This document shows, piece after piece, positions 56,087-64,000 of a DNA stretch of 64,000 bases. The first letter of the stretch is position 1. Each line of letters begins with the position of its first letter. The stretch covers positions 45,549 through 109,548 of the forward strand of contig JAGMCI010000011.1 of the NCBI GenBank assembly GCA_023129325.1, read 5' to 3'. The notes beneath the pieces are model-generated. The model was not told where the DNA came from. It ran no database searches and saw only the letters and a list, made by a program, of their open reading frames with translations. This DNA is from a candidate division WOR-3 bacterium (lineage in GTDB: Bacteria; Hydrothermota; UBA3073; JACQXS01; JAGMCI01). The position numbers and the translations under genes are program-made.

Positions 56087-59000
56087 ATGAAAAAATGCAT
56101 TTTGTCTTTTTTCAGTATATTGTTTGTTTCTATGCCATTATTTGCTCCTACAATTAAAGTAGCAAGTTCTACAGCGAATAATCTTATAGTAGGAGTCTCT
56201 TTACCCGAAGTTGAATTTACAAAAAGGGAATATCAAGATGGGAATATCTACTCAAGCCTTAAAGTCCACGGCAGTGGTATATGGAAAATAGGTAATCCAG
56301 AGATTCCTTGTTTTGGTAAGTGGATTCTTGTCCCTAATGGAGCGAGTGCGCATATTAATACTTATCCGGGTAAACCAGTAATTTATAAGGATATTGATTT
56401 ACCACCTGTCCAGCCACCCCAGCCAGACTTAAAGAATGCCCCCCCTCAATACTTTACCAGGAATGAGCAAATTTATAATGAAGATAAGGATTACCCATGG
56501 AAGTTTGCCTTAATTGAGCCACTGAAAAAGATGCGTGGTCAGTCCTGCACTATTTTATGGATTTTGCCTTATCAATATAATCCAGTTAAGAAGACATTGA
56601 AAGTATATCCTGACTTACGAGTAAATGTTGATTTCTCTGGACCAATAAAACCAATACCGTCCAATTTAAAGAGCAAAAACTATGAAAAAAAGATTCTTGG
56701 TATGGCTCTCAATGCCAGAGAAGTTTTAAATGCCCAGGAGAATGTTAAGGATAGCAAGAGGGATAATAACAGTAAAACTAATGGATGTGAATTACTTATT
56801 ATTACACACGATGATTTTGAAAGTGCTGCTAATACATTGGCTGATTGGAAGATGAAAACCGGGTTAATAACAAAGGTGGCGAAAACCTCTATCATTGGGG
56901 ATACAACTGTTGATATTGAAGCTTATATAGATAGTGCTGTTAGTAATTGGAGTCCGGCACCGGAATATCTGCTATTTTTGGGTGATGCTGAATATGTTCC
57001 TACCTGGTATAAGAATTTTCATCCCTATCCATCTCAAGGACCCACAGGTACTGATATTTTTTATGCAGATATAGATAATCCAGCAGATTATGTCGCTGAC
57101 CTGGGTTATGGAAGATTATCAGTAGATACGCCCGAACAAGCAGATAGCTTGGTTGCCCGTATCATTAGATATGAGAAAATAGCAAATAGCAATAGTTATT
57201 ACTCAAATACTACAATGGCAGGTTGCTTCCAAGACGGTGCTTATGGTGACCCGCCAGACAGCGTGGCAAATAGGAGATTTGCTAAAACAAGTGAAGATGT
57301 AAGGAATTATCTGAATATTCAAGGATTTATGACGCAAAGGATTTATGCAACCTATAATGGATATGATTATACCGAAATATTTCCGAAATATTGGAGCACA
57401 TACTATGTTTTTGAAAATGATACTTCCGGTGTAGAAATTCCTGCTGATTTACAAAAACCCACTTTCCCCTGGAATGGCAGCACCGCAGATGTTTCCAATG
57501 CTGTTAATAATGGGACTTTCTTTTTATTGCACCGCGACCATGGGGGACGGAGTGGTTGGGGGGAGCCGTATTTCCGCAAGTGGGATGTAGATGCTCTTAA
57601 TAATGGAGAAAAAAGACCCATTGTCTGGAGTATCAACTGTAACACCGGTTGGTTTGATAATGAGACAGATAGTGTCGGATGTGGGACGGATTTCAGTGAC
57701 GAGTGTTTTGCAGAACATTGGCTTAGACACAATACTGGTGGGAGTTGTGGTCTTATTGCTGCTACAAGAGTTAGTTACTCGGGCATAAATGACAGATTGG
57801 TATGGGGATGGATGGATGCTATTTGGCCTGGATTTCTTACCTGGTGTAATAACCCTTATGGAGGCAGCGAGCGGATATATAGAATAGGAGATGTCTTAAA
57901 TTATGGGAAAGAATATATGAGGACAAAATATTATTTCGACGATTATATACGAACTGCTCTTGAAGAATTTCACTGGCTTGGAGACCCTACAATGATTATC
58001 TGGACAGGTATTCCAGAGATAATGGCTGTAAGCTATCCCTCTACTGTTTCCATTGGCTCAGGTAGCCTCACAGTATATGTTGAAACCACTCCCAAGGGAA
58101 CACCGATAGACAGTGCCTGGGTATGCGTTATGAAGGGTGATGAGGTTTATGAGCGGGGATTGACAGATGCCTCTGGAAATGTAATACTTTCTATATCGTC
58201 ATCAACTATTGGGACACTCTGGGTAACTACAATAGGAGAAAATTATATCCCAGATGAAGGTTCTGCCCTTGTTGTTTGCTATGGTGATGTAAGCCCAGAT
58301 TCAGTCATAAATCCGACAGATACTGTTTTTGTTGACTCTATCTACTTGCCCGGGGTATATGTAAAAAATATGGGAACAGACACAATTCAAGCTTTTGATG
58401 TCACTTGCACAATTGATACTTCAGGAGTTAAAGGCTACAGTGATATACAACCTGTTTCCAATCTTGCTGGTGGAGATAGTGTTATTGTGACATTTTCAGG
58501 ATGGACAGTTCCTTTTGCGAGAAAGAGTTATACAATTACTTTCTTTGCTTCAGGCACATTTTTGGTTGATACTAACCCTTCAAATGATACGCTGGTAAGC
58601 ACTGTGTATGAATATAATGATGCACCATTAGTCTCAGGTCTGCCTGATACAAGTTTTTCGGAAGATGATACTCTCTATATAAACCTTAATAACTATGTAT
58701 TTGATAGCGATGACCCAGATTCGTCTCTTAACTGGAATTATTCAATCTATGAAACTAAGAATAAAAGCGGTGTGTCTCTGAAAGCATCTCTACCAGCAAG
58801 TAGAGATAAAGGTCTAAGTTTGCCAAGATACAGTAAAAATAGTCCACTTTATGTAGATATTGACTTAACTGCTCACATTGCTACAATTACAGCTGACCCT
58901 GATTGGAGTGGTTCGCGAAATATTGTCTTTACAGCAGAAGACCCATGGGGACTAAGTGATTCTGATACAATGATTCTTACAGTCAAGTCTGTAAATGATG

Positions 59001-59887
59001 CACCAGTAGTATTTATCCCGGATACAAGTTTTAATGAAGATGATTCACTAATGCTTTATCTAAATGATTATGTTAGTGATGTGGATAATCCTCTTGATAG
59101 TCTTATATGGAGCTGTTCGGGAAATGATACTATTATTGTAGACATAGACCCTGTAACACATTGGGCAACCTTCTCTGCTCCAAAAAACTGGCGCGGCAGT
59201 GAACTACTTATATTTATGGTTGATGATGCTACCTCAAAGGCAACCACCACAGACTCAGCCACAATTACAGTTATATCTGTCAATGACCTACCTGTAATTG
59301 ATAGTTCTGCTCCAGAGTCGCCCTGTTCTACTTTTGTGGATTCAATTCTTTTATTTTATGTATTTGCTCATGATGTGGATGTAACTGACACATTAGCTTA
59401 TGACTGGATTATTAATGGGACTCTTGATACGACAACTTATACTGGAATTTATTCCTATTCAAGTTCAGAAGAGACAGTGGATACAATGAAAGTCAGGGTA
59501 AGTGATGGAGTATTGGGAGATTCAGTTATGTGGATAGTAACTGTCAAATCTATAGGTGTAGAAGCTGAAAGCCCTCAAGTACCTAATGATTTTTCTCTTT
59601 CACAAAACTGTCCAAATCCATTTATGCAAACAACTGAAATTAGATATGCGATTCCAGAGGATGTACAAGTAGAGATTGCTATTTACAATATACTGGGACA
59701 AAAAGTTATGACGCTGATAAACCGTAATCAAAAAGCTGGTTATTATGCAATAAAATGGAGTGGCATAGATGATTCTGGGGAAAGGGTAGCAAGCGGTATT
59801 TATTTTTACAGAATCAAAGCCCACCCAACGGATGGCGGGCAAGCAGAAAAATATACAGCAACTAAGAAAATGTATCGGATGAGGTAA
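56087..59887 (+). CDS. Gingipain-like C25 cysteine peptidase with propeptide, tandem cadherin-like repeats and FlgD-Ig/T9SS-like tail
   Basis: Signal peptide; YLLFLGD, GRLSV, HRDHG (His), SINC (Cys), LGDP; repeated NDAP...EDD units; SQNCPNPF...SGIYFY. Confidence 0.9.
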   Translation: MKKCILSFFSILFVSMPLFAPTIKVASSTANNLIVGVSLPEVEFTKREYQDGNIYSSLKVHGSGIWKIGNPEIPCFGKWILVPNGASAHINTYPGKPVIYKDIDLPPVQPPQPDLKNAPPQYFTRNEQIYNEDKDYPWKFALIEPLKKMRGQSCTILWILPYQYNPVKKTLKVYPDLRVNVDFSGPIKPIPSNLKSKNYEKKILGMALNAREVLNAQENVKDSKRDNNSKTNGCELLIITHDDFESAANTLADWKMKTGLITKVAKTSIIGDTTVDIEAYIDSAVSNWSPAPEYLLFLGDAEYVPTWYKNFHPYPSQGPTGTDIFYADIDNPADYVADLGYGRLSVDTPEQADSLVARIIRYEKIANSNSYYSNTTMAGCFQDGAYGDPPDSVANRRFAKTSEDVRNYLNIQGFMTQRIYATYNGYDYTEIFPKYWSTYYVFENDTSGVEIPADLQKPTFPWNGSTADVSNAVNNGTFFLLHRDHGGRSGWGEPYFRKWDVDALNNGEKRPIVWSINCNTGWFDNETDSVGCGTDFSDECFAEHWLRHNTGGSCGLIAATRVSYSGINDRLVWGWMDAIWPGFLTWCNNPYGGSERIYRIGDVLNYGKEYMRTKYYFDDYIRTALEEFHWLGDPTMIIWTGIPEIMAVSYPSTVSIGSGSLTVYVETTPKGTPIDSAWVCVMKGDEVYERGLTDASGNVILSISSSTIGTLWVTTIGENYIPDEGSALVVCYGDVSPDSVINPTDTVFVDSIYLPGVYVKNMGTDTIQAFDVTCTIDTSGVKGYSDIQPVSNLAGGDSVIVTFSGWTVPFARKSYTITFFASGTFLVDTNPSNDTLVSTVYEYNDAPLVSGLPDTSFSEDDTLYINLNNYVFDSDDPDSSLNWNYSIYETKNKSGVSLKASLPASRDKGLSLPRYSKNSPLYVDIDLTAHIATITADPDWSGSRNIVFTAEDPWGLSDSDTMILTVKSVNDAPVVFIPDTSFNEDDSLMLYLNDYVSDVDNPLDSLIWSCSGNDTIIVDIDPVTHWATFSAPKNWRGSELLIFMVDDATSKATTTDSATITVISVNDLPVIDSSAPESPCSTFVDSILLFYVFAHDVDVTDTLAYDWIINGTLDTTTYTGIYSYSSSEETVDTMKVRVSDGVLGDSVMWIVTVKSIGVEAESPQVPNDFSLSQNCPNPFMQTTEIRYAIPEDVQVEIAIYNILGQKVMTLINRNQKAGYYAIKWSGIDDSGERVASGIYFYRIKAHPTDGGQAEKYTATKKMYRMR

Positions 59888-60064
59888 GGTCAGAAGTAAT
59901 TTTACTGGACAGGTTTGTAATTTGCCAGGAGAGGATTCTGTAATCACCAGAATATTTTTCTAATTTTTCCTCACAAATTTGAGAAAAGAGCGGCATTATA
60001 AACCACAAGATTTACGCGAGAAGTGTCATCTTGTGAAAATCTGTGTAATCTGTGGTTATTTTTC

Positions 60065-60093
60065 TTGACTTCTTTAAATATGTAGTTTATAAT
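60065..60093 (+). promoter_or_regulatory. Sigma70-type promoter of purE-murA, probably leaderless
   Basis: TTGACT-N17-TATAAT; ATG 6 nt downstream. Confidence 0.7.
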
Positions 60094-60099
60094 TTTTTT

Positions 60100-60501
60100 A
60101 TGACTGAAATAAGTATTGTTATAGGAAGTAAATCAGACGAACCTTGGCTTAAGGAATGTACCAAAGTACTCGCTGAGGCAAAACTCTCTTACGAAGTTGC
60201 AATAACATCTTGCCACCGAGAGCCTGAAAAGACGAGAAATTATGCTAAATCACTCAAAAAGAGAGGAATAAAAGTTGTTATTGCAATGTGTGGGTATTCG
60301 TGTGCACTTCCTGGGTTTATAGCTTCGCACACTGATTTACCCGTTATAGGAGTCCCGCTTCCAACTTCACCACTAAAAGGCATTGATTCGTTACTTTCAA
60401 TAGTTGAGCTTCCATCTGGAGTTCCAGTTGCTACAATGGGAATAGGTAAAGCTGGAGCTAAGAATGCTGCCCTCTTTGCATGCAAGATACTTAAAAAATG
60501 A
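60100..60501 (+). CDS. purE: N5-CAIR mutase / AIR carboxylase
   Basis: GSKSD, S.HR.P, LPG, PVIGVP, PSGVPVAT, NAA; start ATG 60100. Confidence 0.9.
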   Translation: MTEISIVIGSKSDEPWLKECTKVLAEAKLSYEVAITSCHREPEKTRNYAKSLKKRGIKVVIAMCGYSCALPGFIASHTDLPVIGVPLPTSPLKGIDSLLSIVELPSGVPVATMGIGKAGAKNAALFACKILKK

Positions 60502-61742
60502 AGAAGTTTGTCATTGAGGGAGGGCGTCCACTTAAAGGTGAAGTTACTCTTTCGGGCTCTAAAAATGCTTCTCTTCCTATTTTAGCCGCCACTTTACTTG
60601 CCCCTGGCGAACATATAATACATAATGTGCCAATGCTTGGTGATGTTAAAACAATGATAAAAATTTTAAAAGCTACAGGAGCAATTACGAAATTTGAAAA
60701 CCATACACTTGTTATAAATACAAAATCAATAACTAATTCCAAAGTTCCTTATGAGCTTGTTTCTACTATGAGAGCTTCTTTTCTCATTGCTGGAGCTTTG
60801 ATTGGTAGACTTGGCGAAGCTTATGTATCAAGACCTGGCGGCTGTGCAATAGGGTCAAGACCAATTGATGGACATTTAAAGGGCTTTGAGGCTCTGGGTG
60901 TAAAAATTGAAGAAAAACATGGATATATCAATGCAACTACCAAGGACCTCAAAGGAGCTGAAATATGGCTTAATGAACGCTCGGTTACTGGAACTGAAAA
61001 TATTTTGCTCGCTTCAGTATTTGCAAAGGGAGAAACACGTGTCACAAACTATGCTAAGGAACCACATGTTATTGACCTTATAAAATTCTTAAATTCTATG
61101 GGCGCAAAAATTAAGGCTCAAGACGATAGCATTATAATTGAAGGCGTTAAAAAACTTCAACCTAAAGAATATACTATATCCCCGGATTATAATGAAGCTG
61201 GGACATTTATGATTGGAAGCGCAATTACAGGCGGAGATATTTTCTTGAGAGATGTAAGATGGGAAGACTCAATCTCAGAGATTGCAAAACTTCGTGAAAT
61301 AGGAGTAGAGGTCAAAAAAGATAAGCTCGGTATAAGAGTGAAAAGAAAAAAAATAATAAAACCCTGCACTGTAAAAACCGCCCCTTGTCCTGGCTTCCCA
61401 ACTGACCTTCAGCCACAAATAACAGCCTTACTTACTCTCGCAGATGGCACTTCAATAGTGACAGAAACAATGTTTGAACAAAGATTTAATCATATTCCAG
61501 AGCTCCGAAGAATGGGCGCTCAAATAGAACTTGAAGAAAGGAGCGCCATAATTAAAGGGGTTTCTGAACTATCAGGCGCAAAAGTTATGGCTTCAGACAT
61601 TCGTGCAGGAGCAGCTCTTGTCCTTGCAGGACTTTCTGCAAAAGGAGTAACAGAAATATCAAGAATCTACCATATAGATAGAGGCTACGAAAACCTTGAA
61701 ACTAAATTAAGCACCTTAGGTGCCAAAATAAAAAGAGTATGA
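60498..61742 (+). CDS. murA: UDP-N-acetylglucosamine 1-carboxyvinyltransferase
   Basis: SGSKNASLP, MRAS, PGGCAIGSRP, GFPTDLQ, HIDRGY. Confidence 0.95.
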   Translation: MKKFVIEGGRPLKGEVTLSGSKNASLPILAATLLAPGEHIIHNVPMLGDVKTMIKILKATGAITKFENHTLVINTKSITNSKVPYELVSTMRASFLIAGALIGRLGEAYVSRPGGCAIGSRPIDGHLKGFEALGVKIEEKHGYINATTKDLKGAEIWLNERSVTGTENILLASVFAKGETRVTNYAKEPHVIDLIKFLNSMGAKIKAQDDSIIIEGVKKLQPKEYTISPDYNEAGTFMIGSAITGGDIFLRDVRWEDSISEIAKLREIGVEVKKDKLGIRVKRKKIIKPCTVKTAPCPGFPTDLQPQITALLTLADGTSIVTETMFEQRFNHIPELRRMGAQIELEERSAIIKGVSELSGAKVMASDIRAGAALVLAGLSAKGVTEISRIYHIDRGYENLETKLSTLGAKIKRV

Positions 61743-62212
61743 GAATTACAATTTTAATTTGGACAATTATAATATTTTTGTTAGTGGGTTGCAATAAACT
61801 AAATCATCAATATAAAGTTACTATTCCTGTTAATAAAGAAATTGTAGCAGATGGGGTTGGAGACCATAATGGTATCGCTTCAGAAGATGAGTTAAAATTC
61901 ATTGAAGAATATTTTAATTCTGACCCCGAAGCTTGGTGCATGGGTTACTTTCCACTCTCCTATGCAGGCAAAACTCAAATTCCAGCGGATACAGTTCTGT
62001 GGGCATTTAAGCAAAATAGCCTTGCAGGACCTTACAAAAGTGAAACGGAGTTAAGGGAAGCATTCAAAGGAGTTAATATAAGAACTCCGTGTGTGGGAGT
62101 ATATGTGCTTATATTAGATGAAGAATGCGAAATTACGCATCTTTTTCGAGCTCCAGGGCCTCAGTTTAGCAAGAGCGAATGGATTCAAATGAAAGTCGTG
62201 CTTGGTGGATGA
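61739..62212 (+). CDS. Hypothetical lipoprotein
   Basis: Lipobox LVGC; followed by an attC-like site. Confidence 0.6.
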   Translation: MRITILIWTIIIFLLVGCNKLNHQYKVTIPVNKEIVADGVGDHNGIASEDELKFIEEYFNSDPEAWCMGYFPLSYAGKTQIPADTVLWAFKQNSLAGPYKSETELREAFKGVNIRTPCVGVYVLILDEECEITHLFRAPGPQFSKSEWIQMKVVLGG

Positions 62213-62222
62213 TAAATACTGC

Positions 62223-62269
62223 ATCTAACAGCATATTCGCGGACTTCACAAACACACAGGATGTTATGC
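62223..62269 (+). mobile_element. Shortened attC-like site
   Basis: ATCTAAC-AGCATATTCGC-GGACTTCACAAACAC-ACAGGAT-GTTATGC; shares AACAGC.TATT.GC and GGACTTCACAAACAC with 4740-4808. Confidence 0.6.
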
Positions 62270-62302
62270 ATCATTGCTTCACAGAGAAATTGTGGGGATT
62301 AA

Positions 62303-63301
62303 ATGAAAATTAAGGGAATATGTTATGATACTGGAACAGGGTTCACTCCCACCTATTTTTCAAGGGATAAATTAACAACGAAAACAATGCAAAAAGAAAT
62401 TAAGATTATTAAAAACGAATTGAATTGCAACGCGGTTCGTATCTATGGGGATAGGATTAACAGATTGATGTCGTGTTCAAAAATTGCAATTGATAATAAT
62501 CTGGAAGTTTGGATTTCTCCAAGATTTGTTGATAGAACAGAGGAAGAAACATTAAAATTAACAGGAGAATGTGCTAAAGAAGCTGAGGGACTGAGAAAAT
62601 TAAATTCAGAATTAGTTTTTGTTGTTGGAAACGAACTGACTTTGGATATGACAGGATTATTATTTGGAGAAACAGCCCAAAAGAGGGTGCAATATTTATG
62701 GCACTGCAAGGATGGCTCTTTTGCTCTATTAAAAGAACGGCTTAGAAATTCAAATGAGTTATTAAATCAATTTTTAGAAAAGCTTGTTACTTATACCAAA
62801 AATTCTTTTAAGGGAGAGATAACCTATGGTGCAGGTGAGTGGGAGCAAATTAATTGGGACTTTTTCGATATTATTAGCCTAAATAGATATTTACCAAAAT
62901 CAGAGAAAGAAAAATTAGTTAGAGAATTCAGGAAATTAAAAGAATCCGGCAAACCAATAGCAATAACTGAATTTGGTTCTGAATCCTATGCGGGTGTGTT
63001 TGATAAAGGGCCCGGGAGATGTGATCCTGTTGATTGGAAAAACTTTGAAATTAAAGACGGTTTTAAAAGAAGTGAAAAGGAACAAGCAGATTATATGAAG
63101 TACGATTTAGAATTATTTGAGAAGGAGGGAATATTAGCAACATTTGTGTATACTTTTACAGAACCACTTTATACATATTCAAAAAACCCTAAAAAAGATT
63201 TAGATATAGGCAGTTGTAATGTTGTGAGGGTATATGCTGATGGGCATATAGAGCCTAAAAAATCTTTTCAGGTTATTTCCAATTTTTATAAAAACCACTA
63301 A
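62303..63301 (+). CDS. GH-A clan-like TIM-barrel protein (family I recall annotated as 'abortive infection protein')
   Basis: KGICYDTG, LNCNAVRIYG, VGNEL (acid/base), ITEFG (nucleophile). Confidence 0.65.
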   Translation: MKIKGICYDTGTGFTPTYFSRDKLTTKTMQKEIKIIKNELNCNAVRIYGDRINRLMSCSKIAIDNNLEVWISPRFVDRTEEETLKLTGECAKEAEGLRKLNSELVFVVGNELTLDMTGLLFGETAQKRVQYLWHCKDGSFALLKERLRNSNELLNQFLEKLVTYTKNSFKGEITYGAGEWEQINWDFFDIISLNRYLPKSEKEKLVREFRKLKESGKPIAITEFGSESYAGVFDKGPGRCDPVDWKNFEIKDGFKRSEKEQADYMKYDLELFEKEGILATFVYTFTEPLYTYSKNPKKDLDIGSCNVVRVYADGHIEPKKSFQVISNFYKNH

Positions 63302-63318
63302 ATATATGAAGTAATGGT

Positions 63319-63340
63319 ATCTAACAGCATGTTTGCAGTT
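63319..63340 (+). mobile_element. Left half of an attC-like site (remnant)
   Basis: ATCTAAC-AGCATGTTTGCAG 17 nt after the stop; right arm not found. Confidence 0.5.
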
Positions 63341-63478
63341 CTTTGTAAGGATAATGTGAAATGAAATTTGCATTTTAAAAATCCACCTGCCTCACCAGTC
63401 AAGGCAGGTGTGGTTATTATTTGAGTAATTCGTGAATTTCGTGGTTGTTTTTTCTTGGCTTTTTAAGTTCCTATAATA

Positions 63479-63955
63479 TTGTATTGGTCAGAGAAAATGA
63501 AAGTATTTAATAAGAATTTGTCAAATATAGTAATAAGGAATTTCTGTATAGAAGATTATGATACACTTATAACACTATGGGATAATGCACAGCTTCCATA
63601 TAAACCAAAAGGCCGAGATAGACGAGATAAGATTAAACAGGAGCTCAATTGGGGAAATGCTATTTTTTTGGTCGCTGAGGCAAATGGCAAATTAGTAGGC
63701 TCTATTTTAGGCACGCATGATGGTCGAAAAGGCTGGATAAATAGACTTGCAGTAGCTCCTGAATTTCAGAAACAAGGCATTGCGAGAAAGCTCGTGGCTG
63801 AAGTAGAAGCTCGTCTTTCTGAACTTGGAATTGAAATAGTAGCTTGTTTGATTGAAGACTGGAATACGAAATCTATGCAAGCTTTTGAAAGATTAGGATA
63901 TAAGCAGTCCCCGGAAGTAATGTATTTTTCTAAAAGAAAAAATTCAGATGTATAA
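63479..63955 (+). CDS. GNAT acetyltransferase (YpeA-like)
   Basis: THDGRKGWINRLAVAPEFQKQGIA; FERLGY; true start may be slightly downstream. Confidence 0.85.
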   Translation: MYWSEKMKVFNKNLSNIVIRNFCIEDYDTLITLWDNAQLPYKPKGRDRRDKIKQELNWGNAIFLVAEANGKLVGSILGTHDGRKGWINRLAVAPEFQKQGIARKLVAEVEARLSELGIEIVACLIEDWNTKSMQAFERLGYKQSPEVMYFSKRKNSDV

Positions 63956-64000
63956 TACAGCACAGCAGATAACATGGTGTGTACGATTCATGGAGTTTAT

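Noticed and set aside
20415-62709. Numerous antisense and alternate-frame ORFs of 60-200 aa (e.g. 20415-20822, 26935-27459, 30075-30677, 54130-54495)
   Set aside because: Shadows of well-supported genes on the opposite strand, with no motifs or ribosome-binding sites.

Overview
AT-rich bacterial chromosomal window. Gene content (a C25 gingipain-like and a C1A papain-like protease ending in FlgD-Ig/T9SS-like tails, a 2-oxoacid:ferredoxin oxidoreductase, larBCE) suggests an anaerobic FCB-associated lineage such as WOR-3; this placement is inference. Housekeeping genes include plsY, asnS, tgt, fabH, a four-gene oxidoreductase, tRNA-Ala(GGC), a BamA/TamA-family gene, Trk/Ktr, rpsT, purM, folC, pdxJ, thiE, purE and murA. 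A ~16.6 kb minus-strand run (20390-36964) of metallocofactor genes lies below a sigma-54 promoter. Three things stand out. (1) A 5.2 kb four-gene putative anti-phage operon (beta-class DNA methyltransferase, NDT/retron-effector-like protein, wHTH-Ser/Thr kinase-P-loop ATPase fusion, Rossmann-like partner) is bounded by integron-cassette-like ends, with no integrase in the window. (2) A second cassette-like unit with related ends lies at 62.2-63.3 kb. (3) About 40 short (15-85 bp) GC-rich palindromic or repeat elements of several families sit mostly in frame inside coding genes. Some have exact target-site duplications (TTCR, TGG), some are nested in one another, and measurable net lengths are multiples of 3 even in intergenic copies. 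All calls were made by eye without database searches.
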